From sequence record OR836606.1: DNA of 64,000 bases; one strand, written 5' to 3'. Within the stretch, counting starts at the first letter, position 1. The number at the start of each line of letters is the position of its first letter. The stretch comes from Staphylococcus phage LY01. A model generated the notes under the pieces. That model made no database searches, was not told the DNA's origin, and saw only the letters and a program-made list of their open reading frames with translations. Shown one piece after another: positions 1 through 10,055 of the stretch. A program made the translations under genes and the position numbers.

Positions 1-551
1 TTGTGAATTAAAAGAAATAAAATATTTAATAGTCTAGTTTTTTAATATTAGGGTCAAAACTAGAAAACAAATTAAGTTAAAGTTAGTCAATTATTAAAAG
101 ACCTCTTTAACAAAAATAAAATCTAATAACTAAACGTAAATTAGATATAAGCTTTAATTTTACAACTGACGATATGCCTTAACGACAGTTGAATCTAACA
201 GCATAAGTATGGCATATGACTCATACTGTGTTTCATTTACACTAAGTCTGCAGCCTTAGTGTGAGGATGATTAATCCTATCAGTTTGTTCTTGGTGAGAG
301 TTGAACTCACAAAATATCGATTTGTTCGATATGCTTTAACCAGTAGCAACAAGAACATAATAAATAAAGTGGATCATTTTTCTATGATCCACTTAAATAA
401 AGCGCAACATTATACGGGTCGGAGGCTCATGTAAATCACTTGACGTAGAGCAAATTACATGATTGAATGAGAAAAAGAATTTACGAATATAGTAAATAGA
501 AATATATCTATTACTATATTAAAATAGTTATTTATAAATCCTAAATAAAAA

Positions 552-600
552 AAAAAAATAATTATAATACAGTGACAAATTAATGTCACTGTATTATATT
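552..600 (-). terminator. rho-independent terminator downstream of 599..2782
   Basis: Inverted repeat acagtgacaaattaatgtcactgt adjacent to an A/T run immediately 3' of the minus-strand stop codon. Confidence 0.45.
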
Positions 601-2782
601 AATAAATCATAATAGTTCTACCGCAATCATAAATTCTATTAGGATTATTAGGATCTTTCTTTTCAAGTCTTTTGCTTCGATATTTAACTTTTCCTTTAGT
701 TCGGAAATTTCTATAATCTGGCGATTCTTCTTCAATACTAACGAATCCATATTCTTTAAATTTATATTTGTTATAAGAATCAGATCTTAAATTAAAAATA
801 ATATTTGGATATTGATTTAAAATTAAATCAATATCTGCATTGGTCCTATAATTAGTGCAATAATTATTAGATATACCTTTATTATTATAAGAAAATACAG
901 ATATTAAAGTGTTTTTATAAAAAATTCCTTTATAAAATTTATCTTCTTTATTAAAGAAATCTAAAGAGTGATTTTTATAAAATTCTTTTATTTGTGTATA
1001 ACTTATTTTTCTTATTTCTAAATTATTTTCTATTTCTTTATCAATATTAAGATTTTTATCACCAAACAATAGAATTTCTTTTAAGATTTTACTATATTGA
1101 TTTTTTATATGCTCATACTTGTTAAAGAATTGATCTTCATATAGATTTATTAATTTATAACCTTTATTTTCCATTATATCCATTTTTTCTTTTTGATGCG
1201 TTTTTGCGTAATGTTCATCTTTAATCATATTTGAATGCCATCTTAATCCATTTACTTCAATACCCAAACCAATATCTTCTATAAAAATATCTATTTCTTT
1301 TCTATTACCTAGTATTAATCTATTAGAAATTTTAATATTTTGATACAGAGTATATTTTTTGATAATATTAAATAGAGTATCTTCTAAACTTGAAGGACCC
1401 GCAAATTTACATTTAGGACAACCTCCTCCTTTTATAATATTCTCTACTCTAGATTCAAAATAACCATGTTTTTTACATCCAAATATTGATACAGCTTTAT
1501 CATAATCATATTGAAAATTGAATTTATCTAAAATTAGTTGATCTTTTCTTTTATAACGTATCTTATATTTATAAAATTCATTTTTCTGTTTTTGATTGAA
1601 TTGTATTTTTGCTATCATTCCTTTTTCTCTATTATTTAAGTTCTTATCTTTAAATAACTCAAAAGGTGTATACTTTTTAAAATTGGTTTTAATGCTTATT
1701 AAAGGAATGTCTTTTTTATTTAGAGGTTTTCCTGTAAAATTTCCTGCTTTTTCTCTTTTAATAGCCGCAGTTTTTTCTAAAGCACATTTTCTACAACCAT
1801 AACCATTTGAATGAGATCTTAAAGATGTTCGAACTCTACCATGTTTTTTACATTTTATAATTACATGATCTTTATTAAAATTATTAAATCTTAATTCACT
1901 ATAATCATATTTATTGTTATGGATATAACTTAATTTCATTTTCATAAATTCATTTTTTTCATCAATATTAAATTTTATATAATTCTTACGAAAATCTTTA
2001 TCGCCTTTTTTCCATTTTTTAAACAAAGATTCTGGAGTTTCTTTTTTACTAATAGATGCATTTCTTTTTATTTTTTCTTTAACACAATCAGGACAGCTTT
2101 CATTATTTCTTTTAGAATAGTGGTTTACTGCTATTATTTCAAATTTTCTGTTGTGTTTTTTACATCTTAATTTTAACCTACAATGCCTTCCTGTATATAC
2201 TGCTTCAGAATAATCATATTTCTTTTCATATTCTGGGTGTCTTTTAAAAACATTTTTTAAAAATTGTTCTTTCGTTAAAATTTTATTTTTACTATCTCTT
2301 TCTTTTTGACATTTAGGACAATCTACAAATCTTAATAAATGATTACTTATACTTCTTTTGAAGGTGCCATGTTTTTCACATTTTATTTCTATATAGGTCG
2401 ATTTATTATAACGTTTATCTAAGTCTAAATTAGGATAAGTAAATTTATCACCATATATCTCTTTAAATTTAGATAAAAATTCTCTTCCAGTTAGATAATG
2501 TTTTTCTTCATAACATTTAACACATCTTTTAGCACATTTAGCATTGCCCCATAAATCAAAATATTTCTCATGTCCTTTTTCACATGTATATTTTATTCTT
2601 AAATCTTTTTTCTTCATCCCTTTACTATAATTCAATATCTCTATACTACCACCATAAGCATTAAGTAATTTACTCATACTTTTTTCTATATCTTTTTTAG
2701 TAAATGTAACCATTATCCTTTTCATCTCCGTTAAATTTATTTTTATAATTATGAATGTATATTTTAAATTAATACATAACAA
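599..2782 (-). CDS. multi-zinc-ribbon protein with C-terminal Vsr/DUF559-like (PD-(D/E)xK) endonuclease-like domain; possible homing/HNH-like nuclease
   Basis: 727 aa ORF. Five tandem repeats of roughly 110 aa, each with the pattern C.KHG.F......H....G.GC.KC (paired CxxC). C-terminus ...EIDIFIEDIGLGIEVNGLRWHS... resembles the very-short-patch-repair/DUF559 restriction-endonuclease-like fold. Confidence 0.45.
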   Translation of the reverse strand: MLCINLKYTFIIIKINLTEMKRIMVTFTKKDIEKSMSKLLNAYGGSIEILNYSKGMKKKDLRIKYTCEKGHEKYFDLWGNAKCAKRCVKCYEEKHYLTGREFLSKFKEIYGDKFTYPNLDLDKRYNKSTYIEIKCEKHGTFKRSISNHLLRFVDCPKCQKERDSKNKILTKEQFLKNVFKRHPEYEKKYDYSEAVYTGRHCRLKLRCKKHNRKFEIIAVNHYSKRNNESCPDCVKEKIKRNASISKKETPESLFKKWKKGDKDFRKNYIKFNIDEKNEFMKMKLSYIHNNKYDYSELRFNNFNKDHVIIKCKKHGRVRTSLRSHSNGYGCRKCALEKTAAIKREKAGNFTGKPLNKKDIPLISIKTNFKKYTPFELFKDKNLNNREKGMIAKIQFNQKQKNEFYKYKIRYKRKDQLILDKFNFQYDYDKAVSIFGCKKHGYFESRVENIIKGGGCPKCKFAGPSSLEDTLFNIIKKYTLYQNIKISNRLILGNRKEIDIFIEDIGLGIEVNGLRWHSNMIKDEHYAKTHQKEKMDIMENKGYKLINLYEDQFFNKYEHIKNQYSKILKEILLFGDKNLNIDKEIENNLEIRKISYTQIKEFYKNHSLDFFNKEDKFYKGIFYKNTLISVFSYNNKGISNNYCTNYRTNADIDLILNQYPNIIFNLRSDSYNKYKFKEYGFVSIEEESPDYRNFRTKGKVKYRSKRLEKKDPNNPNRIYDCGRTIMIY

Positions 2783-2873
2783 TCACCTCATAATTATAAT
2801 ATAAATTTGAAGAATGATTTAATACAATAAAATTGGGATAATAATCATTAATTAGATTATTATCCCTTTTATA

Positions 2874-3300
2874 TTATTCTATATAACTTTCTATATCTAC
2901 TTCATTTTGTTTAATTGTCATGTCATGGAAAGATTTCATTGAGCTTGTTACAATAGCTTGAGCCACTTGGTTGACCAGTAGACCAATATTCTCAATTCCT
3001 AATTTATAAGGTAATTCTCCCGCACATTTACTACAAATATCTTCATTAGCACAATACATAGGACTTCTAAACTCTAATACTTTACCCATATAATCATCAA
3101 CATTTTCAGGAGTTAACAAAATTAATTGACCCGATCTCGCATTGTTATCTTTGAAATATCTATACATCATTAATGATGCGTTTGACTTGTCTAATGTCAA
3201 TTTAAGAAAATGATTCGTTCTACAATCCGAACCTTTTTTATCTAAAACTGTTGTTTGAAAGGCTGACATCAATTGCTTGGCTTGATCTAATTTAATTTTT
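2874..3300 (-). CDS. rpoC: RNAP beta-prime subunit, C-terminal exon (region F/G, trigger-loop region); spliced, no own start codon needed
   Basis: RSPMYCANEDICSKCAGELPYKLGIENIGLLVNQVAQAIVTSSMKSFHD aligns to E. coli beta-prime [65 protein letters not shown] aligns to EDDCGTHEGI. The reading frame is open upstream of the annotated Met as far as the intron boundary. Confidence 0.65.
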
Positions 3301-3449
3301 CTGTATTAGTACAATACAGATAAGACTATATCTTCTAATGTAATATATTTAGTCGTTGAACAACTTGTATTAAGTTGATGCTGATTAATCTAATAAGATA
3401 CTTCCAGCAATTAATATTATTTAATGTGAGCATCAAGTTTACCCACCTT
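3301..3449 (-). mobile_element. mini group I intron (family copy, minus orientation) in beta-prime C gene
   Basis: On the minus strand it contains the family core TTAATTGCTGG / ATCAGCATCA / GTTCAACGACTAAATA / GATATAGTCT plus a P9 hairpin (ctgtattgtactaatacag). It is flanked by coding sequence that aligns to beta-prime. Confidence 0.6.
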
Positions 3450-3461
3450 CTTGAGTCATTT

Positions 3462-3636
3462 ATGTTAACTATATTAAAATAATACAGATCAGACTATATC
3501 AAAAACTCTATATGAGCTTAATTATATTTAGTCGTTGAACACTATTTTTAGTGATGCTGATTAACTTAATAAAGGATCTCAGCAATTAATAATTTTTCGT
3601 ATATTATATTACTATAATAAAGGGCATTCATATACC
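3462..3636 (-). mobile_element. mini group I intron (family copy, minus orientation) in beta-prime C gene
   Basis: Same P/Q/R/S core elements as the other copies. The 5' leader aatgccctttattatagtaatataatatacgaaaaat is shared with the copies at 10056 and 10669. About 12-17 nt of exon (atgactcaagaaggtgg) separates it from the intron at 3301-3449. Confidence 0.6.
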
Positions 3637-4431
3637 TAGTGCACGTCCAGCTGAACCAGCAGTCATGACATCTCCAAACATATAAAGTTCATTAGGATCA
3701 ATTCCTTCAGCTAGTGAGCTTTTAGCAATTCTAATTTTACTTGGATCAGCAAAGTTTTTATTGGCTCCACGAATCAATGCAGTTAATTTATAGTTATTAC
3801 CGAATGAACCACGTGAACCACTATCATAAATATCTAAATCGGCTAAACCTTTTAATTCTTCTTTACTTAATTTAATTAATTCTTTTTCAATAGCAGATAT
3901 TGCGTTTAATTCTTCTCCAGAAGTATTCAACTCTTTTTCATATTTAACTAATAATTCTTCTTTCTTTTGTTTAACCTTATCAGTAGCAGTCATCATTGTA
4001 GTAGTTAAACTAGAATTAATAAAACTAGCTATAGAGAATCCTAACCATTGTAATTTATCAATGTAATCTGACATTTCTTGTGTAGTAATAATATCATTGA
4101 GTAATAAGTTTGATAAATCAGATTGAAGCTTACCAATTCCAGAACCACCCATATCGTGATTCATATATCCTATAATTGGCCCAATTTTATTATCTAAAAT
4201 AAATTTATTAAATATATATCTACCTACAGTAGTCTTTTCATCTTTTTTATTATAAACTAAATCTTTTTTTAATGTAAATTTATCTGATGGATTATACATT
4301 GGTTCTGTATTCTGTCTAAAGGCAAATAATTCTTTTAACTTGTCTAATGTAATATCATCTTTACCAACACTTAATAATGTAGATACTTCTTTTTCGTTAA
4401 GTGTTTTATTCTCATAATTCATATTAGCCAA
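3637..4431 (-). CDS. rpoC: RNAP beta-prime subunit, middle part (regions E-F), start of the C-terminal beta-prime gene
   Basis: TTVGRYIF aligns to E. coli TTVGRAIL. YDSGSRGSFGNNYKLTALIRGANKNFADPS aligns to [28 protein letters not shown]. The annotated C-terminal tail ...GI and its stop are read-through into the intron; the true exon ends near 3637. Confidence 0.6.
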
Positions 4432-4970
4432 TTTATTTTCACTTCTTTCATTATTTTATTCATATTTAGATGTTATTGAGCATTTTATAATTTTTATATA
4501 ATTAAACAATGTATATGAAGTTAATAGTTATTTTTATATTAAATATTTAATTGTATTAATTTAATAAAGATAATATAAATAGTCAATGATTTATATTAAA
4601 TTAATATAAATTACAGAAATAAATTATGTAAAAACTATAAATTTTTATAATTATGTGATAAAAAATTTGAAAATGCCCGGAATATTATAATTATATTATA
4701 ATAAAATTATAATAATAAATATATTATTCTTATAATATATTTATATAAATTAAAATATTATGAGGGGATAGTACACATTTTTATTTCATAAAAATGTATT
4801 AAGAAAATAACGAACGAAGTGAGTTATTTTATTTATATAAATCCAATTAAAATACATAACAATAATAATCAAAACTATTGTATATAGGAAATTTATTGAA
4901 TAATATTATAAAATAAAAATAATATAAATATATTAATCAATAAAATTAAATACGGAAAGGAATGGCATAA
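4432..4970. promoter_or_regulatory. 540-bp AT-rich divergent intergenic/promoter region between beta-prime C (-) and beta (+) genes
   Basis: No ORF of 60 aa or longer; extremely AT-rich with many TATAAT-like hexamers. Sits between divergently transcribed RNAP subunit genes. Specific promoters cannot be assigned by eye. Confidence 0.3.
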
Positions 4971-6560
4971 TTGAAATATCTTAATAGATTAAAAAATCTT
5001 AAATTCTATTCAATATCTGGATATAAAATTAAAGCTATTGATGAAGAAATCGAAGATAAGAAAAAAGATCAGTTAGTTATTTATAAAGGTTTTAAAGAAA
5101 ATTCATTTACTGATTTTTTAAATAGTGGATTATTATATCATCAGAATTTTAAGAATATCTATATTCCGAGATTGTATAGAACTAGAAATAGAAGAACTAG
5201 ATTATTAACAAATATAACAGATTATCAAAAAGAGATTAAATCTAAATCTTACAAACAGTATAGAGTTGAAAGAAATGAGAAATTATTTAAAGGTAGAAAC
5301 TATATTGTTGATTCAACTAAATTTATTGATTTAGAAGATAAATCATTAATAACTAGAAATTTTAATACAGTATTGGATTCAATTAAATCAACTTTTAATT
5401 CTTTAAATAATGCAGAAGATTACAATAATTTATTATATGTAATTAATGTTGATGGGTATAATAAGTCTTCTCAAGAAGCAATTAGACCTAATACAAAAGA
5501 TTTCATGTCAAGCTTATTCATGATGATTAAGAATCAAGAGGAATTACCTCATGGTGAAAATCAAAATATTAATTTATTATTTGTCTCATTAGATAATGGA
5601 ATAATGTTTAAATTTGATTATAAAGATTATAATAAACTTAATATGAGACTTAGACAAAGATTAAGAAGAATCATTGATACTAATACACAAGCATTAGATA
5701 CTGATGAAATTAGTAAAGTTGAAGATGATGACAATACTGAAGCTGTAGATGGAGTAATTAAAAAGAAAGCATTTGATAATGTAGGAACAATTGATCCTAT
5801 CGAAGCTCAGAACGATGAAGCTGAATATGAAAATGATGAACAGTTAGAAAAAATATCTAATAAAATAGATTCTACAATAAGTTATATTAGATCATTAGAC
5901 AATACTGAAATGGATGTTGATGATGAATATAATATAGCTATGATAATTGAAAAAGAATTAAATAATAATAAAGATTTAATTGATATTGATACTGAAACAT
6001 TATATTCGGATGTATTGGATAAAAATGATTCATTTAAATCAATTAAGAGAAATATTAAAAATAAATCTAGTATTGGCGATGAAGCACTTAAAAATACTAA
6101 AAAGATATTAGCTTTATCCAAGAAACAAGATGAATACCTTAATGATTTAGAGGATTTTAGCTTTTCTGAAGATAAATTAATCGATAGAGAAATTAATGAA
6201 AATATTAATAATATTAATGAAGAGACTATTAATAATATTGCTTCTAATGATTTTGATGTTTCTTATATGCAAAAAACATTTAATAAAGACTTTATTGATA
6301 TAATGAAAAGCTTTAATGACAATGAAGATATTCCGGTATTTATTAATAAAATGAATATTGAAGATAATTCAGATAGTCAATCATTAAAAAATACAGTTAA
6401 AGTTCAATTTAGAAGTCCAGACGGTTTAACTCATAATGTTAAATTTGATGTTCCTAAAGTTATTGACGGTAAGTACATGAAGCTTAACGGTGGGAAAAAG
6501 ATATTAACTAAACAGTTAATGATGTGGCCAATCGTTAAATATAAACCGGATTGTTCATAA
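4971..6560 (+). CDS. rpoB: RNAP beta subunit, N-terminal exon 1
   Basis: C-terminal part VQFRSPDGLTHNVKFDVPKVIDGKYMKLNGGKKILTKQLMMWPIV aligns to E. coli rpoB [35 protein letters not shown]. A long acidic insertion is present. A Shine-Dalgarno-like sequence lies upstream. Confidence 0.55.
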   Translation: MKYLNRLKNLKFYSISGYKIKAIDEEIEDKKKDQLVIYKGFKENSFTDFLNSGLLYHQNFKNIYIPRLYRTRNRRTRLLTNITDYQKEIKSKSYKQYRVERNEKLFKGRNYIVDSTKFIDLEDKSLITRNFNTVLDSIKSTFNSLNNAEDYNNLLYVINVDGYNKSSQEAIRPNTKDFMSSLFMMIKNQEELPHGENQNINLLFVSLDNGIMFKFDYKDYNKLNMRLRQRLRRIIDTNTQALDTDEISKVEDDDNTEAVDGVIKKKAFDNVGTIDPIEAQNDEAEYENDEQLEKISNKIDSTISYIRSLDNTEMDVDDEYNIAMIIEKELNNNKDLIDIDTETLYSDVLDKNDSFKSIKRNIKNKSSIGDEALKNTKKILALSKKQDEYLNDLEDFSFSEDKLIDREINENINNINEETINNIASNDFDVSYMQKTFNKDFIDIMKSFNDNEDIPVFINKMNIEDNSDSQSLKNTVKVQFRSPDGLTHNVKFDVPKVIDGKYMKLNGGKKILTKQLMMWPIVKYKPDCS

Positions 6561-6803
6561 CAGTCCACTTTTATAGCAATATGAAAGTAAAAAGAATATT
6601 AATTGCTGAAACGGTTTTATTAAATTAATCAGCATCAATTATTATTAATTGTTCAACGACTAAATATATTCACTCTTATTGAGAGTATGATATAGTCTGT
6701 GCTCTAAATTGATAATTTAGAGATTGTATAAAATACAGATAAAAAATTCATATCAGAATTTCTCTTAACATATTTTTATAATATGATTAGGAGGTGAAAT
6801 TAA

Positions 6804-8006
6804 ATGATAAACAAAAACGGAAAATTAGTTAAATCTTTCAAAACTAGAATATACCCAAATCAAGATCAAATAAATTATTTCAATAAATGTTTTGGTGTAA
6901 GAAGAAAAATATGGAATATGGCTTTAGAAGACTATCAAAATAAAGATGATGACGCTCAATTTAGCGGATTTGATTATCAGAAAAAATTAAATAATGAAAT
7001 TTATGAATCTGGTAAATATCCCTATCTTTATGAAGTTAATAGCATGGTTAGACAAGAAGCTTTAAAAGACTTAGATGAATCTTTTAAAATATATAGAAAT
7101 GAACAAAAGAAAGCTAGAAAGTCTAAAGATGCAATTGACACTGAAAAATTTAAACCCAAGTTTAAAAAGAAAAAACATTCTAATGAGTCATTTAGATTTA
7201 TGGTTAAAGATAAGAAATATTTACCTATTAGATTTTTATCTAAGAAATGGATAAAAATTTCCGTAATGAAAGGAATTAAACCTTTTATAATCAAATCTAA
7301 AGAATCAATGAAGTTTATTAATTCTAATAACCATAGATTTCTCACTTACACTATAAGCAGAAAGAATGAAAAATATTATATTTCTGTAACTTATGAGATA
7401 AACAATTATAAGAAACAGAGATTGAATAATGATTCAATTGGTATTGATATGGGTATGAAAACACCATTAGTATGTGTAGATTCAAATGGTCAAACATTTG
7501 AATTTAAAATCCCACATAACTTATGGAAACAAGAAAGAAAAACTGAGAAATTGCAAGCAAAACTATCAAGTAAGAAATATTATTCAAAATCATATTACAA
7601 AACTTTAAAACAATTAAGAAAATCTTATAATAGAGAGTGTAATATATTAGAAGATTATAGAGATAAAATCACTAATTGGTTAGTTAAAAACTATAAAGTG
7701 ATTAATATTGAACCATATAGTCATAAAGCTTCTAATAATTTAAGAAATGCTCGTAGATCTAATAGAAGATTTGGCAAATATGATTTCCTAGAAAAATTAA
7801 AGTATAAGATTTTACAATATGATAATGAATTGAATATAATTACTAAAAAGAAAACTACACAAACATGCTCATCATGCGGTTATGTAAGAACTAACGATGA
7901 GAAACTTGTCATTGGCGATGATATTCATGATTGTCCTAAATGTAATGTAGTTCTTGATAGAGATTTAAATGCGGCTAAAAATATTCTAGATTTAAAATAT
8001 GTTTAA
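6804..8006 (+). CDS. tnpB: TnpB (IS200/IS605 OrfB-family RNA-guided nuclease), no TnpA
   Basis: RuvC-I (IGIDMGMK) and RuvC-II (VINIEP) motifs, Zn-finger (CSSCGY...CPKCN), and RuvC-III (DRDLNAAKNIL). Strong Shine-Dalgarno site. Confidence 0.85.
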   Translation: MINKNGKLVKSFKTRIYPNQDQINYFNKCFGVRRKIWNMALEDYQNKDDDAQFSGFDYQKKLNNEIYESGKYPYLYEVNSMVRQEALKDLDESFKIYRNEQKKARKSKDAIDTEKFKPKFKKKKHSNESFRFMVKDKKYLPIRFLSKKWIKISVMKGIKPFIIKSKESMKFINSNNHRFLTYTISRKNEKYYISVTYEINNYKKQRLNNDSIGIDMGMKTPLVCVDSNGQTFEFKIPHNLWKQERKTEKLQAKLSSKKYYSKSYYKTLKQLRKSYNRECNILEDYRDKITNWLVKNYKVINIEPYSHKASNNLRNARRSNRRFGKYDFLEKLKYKILQYDNELNIITKKKTTQTCSSCGYVRTNDEKLVIGDDIHDCPKCNVVLDRDLNAAKNILDLKYV

Positions 8007-8180
8007 TTAATTTCACAAAATAAAAGATATGAGAGTCGCCTGCGGTCAGCGGGAGACGATAAACGGGTGATAAGCTAATGTCTGATTAGCTTTACAAGGA
8101 GTACAGAGGTACCTCTATACGTTAGTCACTGAGCCAAGTGTATTTTATACAAGATCTTGCCTTTAGATTTAATTATTTAA
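8007..8180 (+). ncRNA. putative omega-RNA / IStron right end
   Basis: A GC-enriched segment with several hairpins (gtcgcctgcggtcagcgggagac...) lies immediately 3' of tnpB. This is atypical for a genome at about 25% GC and sits where TnpB guide-RNA scaffolds are encoded. Confidence 0.45.
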
Positions 8181-8189
8181 AATCAAGAT

Positions 8190-9556
8190 TTAACAAGACA
8201 GACAGTATGGATTACAACTAACTATAATAAATTCATTATAGAAAAATTTGGTTATAAAGAAAATGCTGAAACTGAATGGATCAAGAAAGTTATTGAAGAT
8301 GACCAAGTTATAGATTATATTGAAAATAAATCTAACTTATCTGTTAAAAAAGGTAATGCTTCTTTAATCAATAATAAATATGTAACTTCAGTTATTTATA
8401 ATAGCTTATCTAGAAATATATTAAATTTCCAAGATGACACTAATGTACTTGAATTTAATCAAAGAAGTTTATTAGCGATGATTTCTGATAGTGCTAGTTT
8501 ATCTAAAATTGATTATGATCAAGATAAATATTTCCCTATTGGTTATAATATTAATAAATCTAAATTAATATTAGCAGATAAGACAGAATCTGTTATGTAT
8601 GAATGTAGTAAGACTAATATTAAGTCAATGGAAATGAATATATTTGATTACCTTATTGATAAATTAGACAATGAAGTTGACTTTGGTGTTATTGATAAGA
8701 AATTCAGTAAGAATATTCAGGCTAATAAGACTATGGCATTTTCACGTGTTAAAATTACTAATAAATTAGTACCTACAATTTTATTATTAGGTTTCTATAA
8801 AGGTTTAACTAGTATTCTTGATCTTTATGAAGTTGATTATAAATTTACTACTGAGAATGAAAGAATTAGTATTCATGATAAAAAGAATAAAATTAAATTC
8901 CAAGATGGTTATTTAATATACTCTACTGATAAATTAAGATATGATTTATTAATGTCTGGATTAACTGTATTGCCTACATCACAATACAATTTCAGTGATT
9001 TTGAAACTGAAACACCTTACTTAGAATATTTCAATGATAAATTCTACAGTCGTAATGTTGGTAAAGGTATCAAAAATACTATGGATTTAGCAATGGATCC
9101 TATTACTAAAGAAGTATTAAGGGATTTAAAACTTCCTGATAATATGGTTGAATTATTACTATTAGCTAATACGATGTTAGAAGATGTATCAGCTAGAGAT
9201 CATAATGATATGGGAATTTATCGTGTACGTGGCCCAGAACAAATTAATGCATTATTATATAAAATGATGGCAAATGCTTATAAAGAATATTCAGATTCTT
9301 ATAATAATAAAAATCCTAAGAATATTTCAGTTAAACAAGATCAATTAATTAAAACTATTATGGAACAACCTACAGTGGATGAAGTATCTGATTTAAACCC
9401 TAACTTAGAAATAGATAAGATGACTTCTGTTACATTTAAAGGACCTGCTGGACGTAACTCTGAACAATCATATGAACCTGATATTCGTTCTTACGATGAA
9501 AGTATGCAAGGTATATTAGGAATAAGTACACCTGACAGTAATAAGGTAAATTACTT
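8190..9556 (+). CDS. rpoB: RNAP beta subunit exon 2
   Basis: The frame is open from about 8200, upstream of the annotated ATG at 8478. KGPAGRNSEQSYEPDIRSYDESMQGILGISTPDSNKV aligns to E. coli [39 protein letters not shown]. The annotated C-terminal LPLITVM* is intronic read-through. Confidence 0.6.
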
Positions 9557-9725
9557 GCCCTTAATTACAGTAATGTAATTCAATGAAAATTTATTAATTG
9601 CTAAAAATCTTTATTAAGATGATCAGCATCACTAAAAATAGTGTTCAACGACTAAATATAAATTCACTTATTATAAGTGTAAGATATAGTCTAATCTGTA
9701 TTAGATTATTATAGAATAATACAAA
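9557..9725 (+). mobile_element. mini group I intron in beta gene
   Basis: Family core elements; P8 hairpin cacttattataagtg; P9 ctgtattag...taataca. The exon ends ...AAGGT and the next exon begins after ...ACAAATG. Confidence 0.65.
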
Positions 9726-9885
9726 TGAGGTATTGTCAGACAACTTTCATATGATACACAAATTAAATCTACTCGTGGTTATACTGATGGTAGTAAAAAA
9801 GATGTAAGTGATACAGCTTTATACACACCATTAGAATTATTAAATCCATATACTAGTAGACATGCGGATATACGAAATGAGGTAA
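9726..9885 (+). CDS. rpoB: RNAP beta subunit exon 3 (about 50 codons)
   Basis: (G)IVRQLSYDTQIKSTRGY...LNPYTSRHADIRNE aligns to E. coli INSLSVYAQTNEYGFL...IPFLEHDDANRAL. Confidence 0.55.
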
Positions 9886-10031
9886 GTTCGCAATAAAATT
9901 ATTTAATTGCTGGAAAGCTTTATTAAGTTAATCAGCATCAGTTAAAGACTGTTCAACGACTAAATAATAATTACCATTTATATGGTGAAGATATAGTCTA
10001 ATCTATATTAATTTAATATAGAATAATAAAA
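9886..10031 (+). mobile_element. mini group I intron in beta gene (shortest copy; 5' leader GTAAGTTCGCAATAAAATTAT)
   Basis: Family core; P8 hairpin accatttatatggt; P9 ctatattaatttaatatag. Confidence 0.6.
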
Positions 10032-10055
10032 ATGTCACCTCGTATAGGAATGACT
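10032..10055 (+). CDS. rpoB: RNAP beta subunit micro-exon (about 8 codons, SPRIGMTG)
   Basis: Lies between two introns. With the flanking exons it reads HADIRNE-SPRIGMTG-TQAKHLIATKTNDRPLVGSG, which aligns to E. coli [30 protein letters not shown]. Confidence 0.45.

Larger units (their letters stand above)
6555..8190 (+). mobile_element. IStron: mini group I intron (about 6561-6745) fused to IS200/IS605-type TnpB gene and right-end omega-RNA region, inserted in the beta gene
   Basis: Group I core TTAATTGCTG...ATCAGCATCA...GTTCAACGACTAAATA...GATATAGTCT with P8/P9 hairpins at 6598-6745. It is followed by a Shine-Dalgarno site (AGGAGGTG), a TnpB ORF and a GC-richer structured 3' segment. Beta coding sequence resumes near 8190. 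Confidence 0.6.

Noticed and set aside
1596-1802. 68-aa plus-strand ORF inside the 599..2782 gene, and similar antisense ORFs (5882-6121, 7028-7345, 12349-12576, 16995-17306, 21884-22168, 27233-27568 and others)
   Set aside because: They lie fully inside longer ORFs on the opposite strand that have homology support. They have low-complexity composition typical of AT-rich antisense frames and no Shine-Dalgarno site.
6804-8006. TnpB genes as free-standing IS200/IS605 insertions that inactivated the host genes
   Set aside because: Both are preceded by a group I intron core and sit between exons of essential genes whose frames resume immediately after the element. The IStron (spliced) interpretation fits better; TnpA is absent.
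9870-9900. GAG|GTAAGT and other GGT|A 5' junctions look like eukaryotic spliceosomal donor sites
   Set aside because: Genes have Shine-Dalgarno sites and operon organisation. The elements contain a group I catalytic core, and the GGU most likely reflects the exon-terminal U of P1. A eukaryotic or spliceosomal interpretation is not supported.
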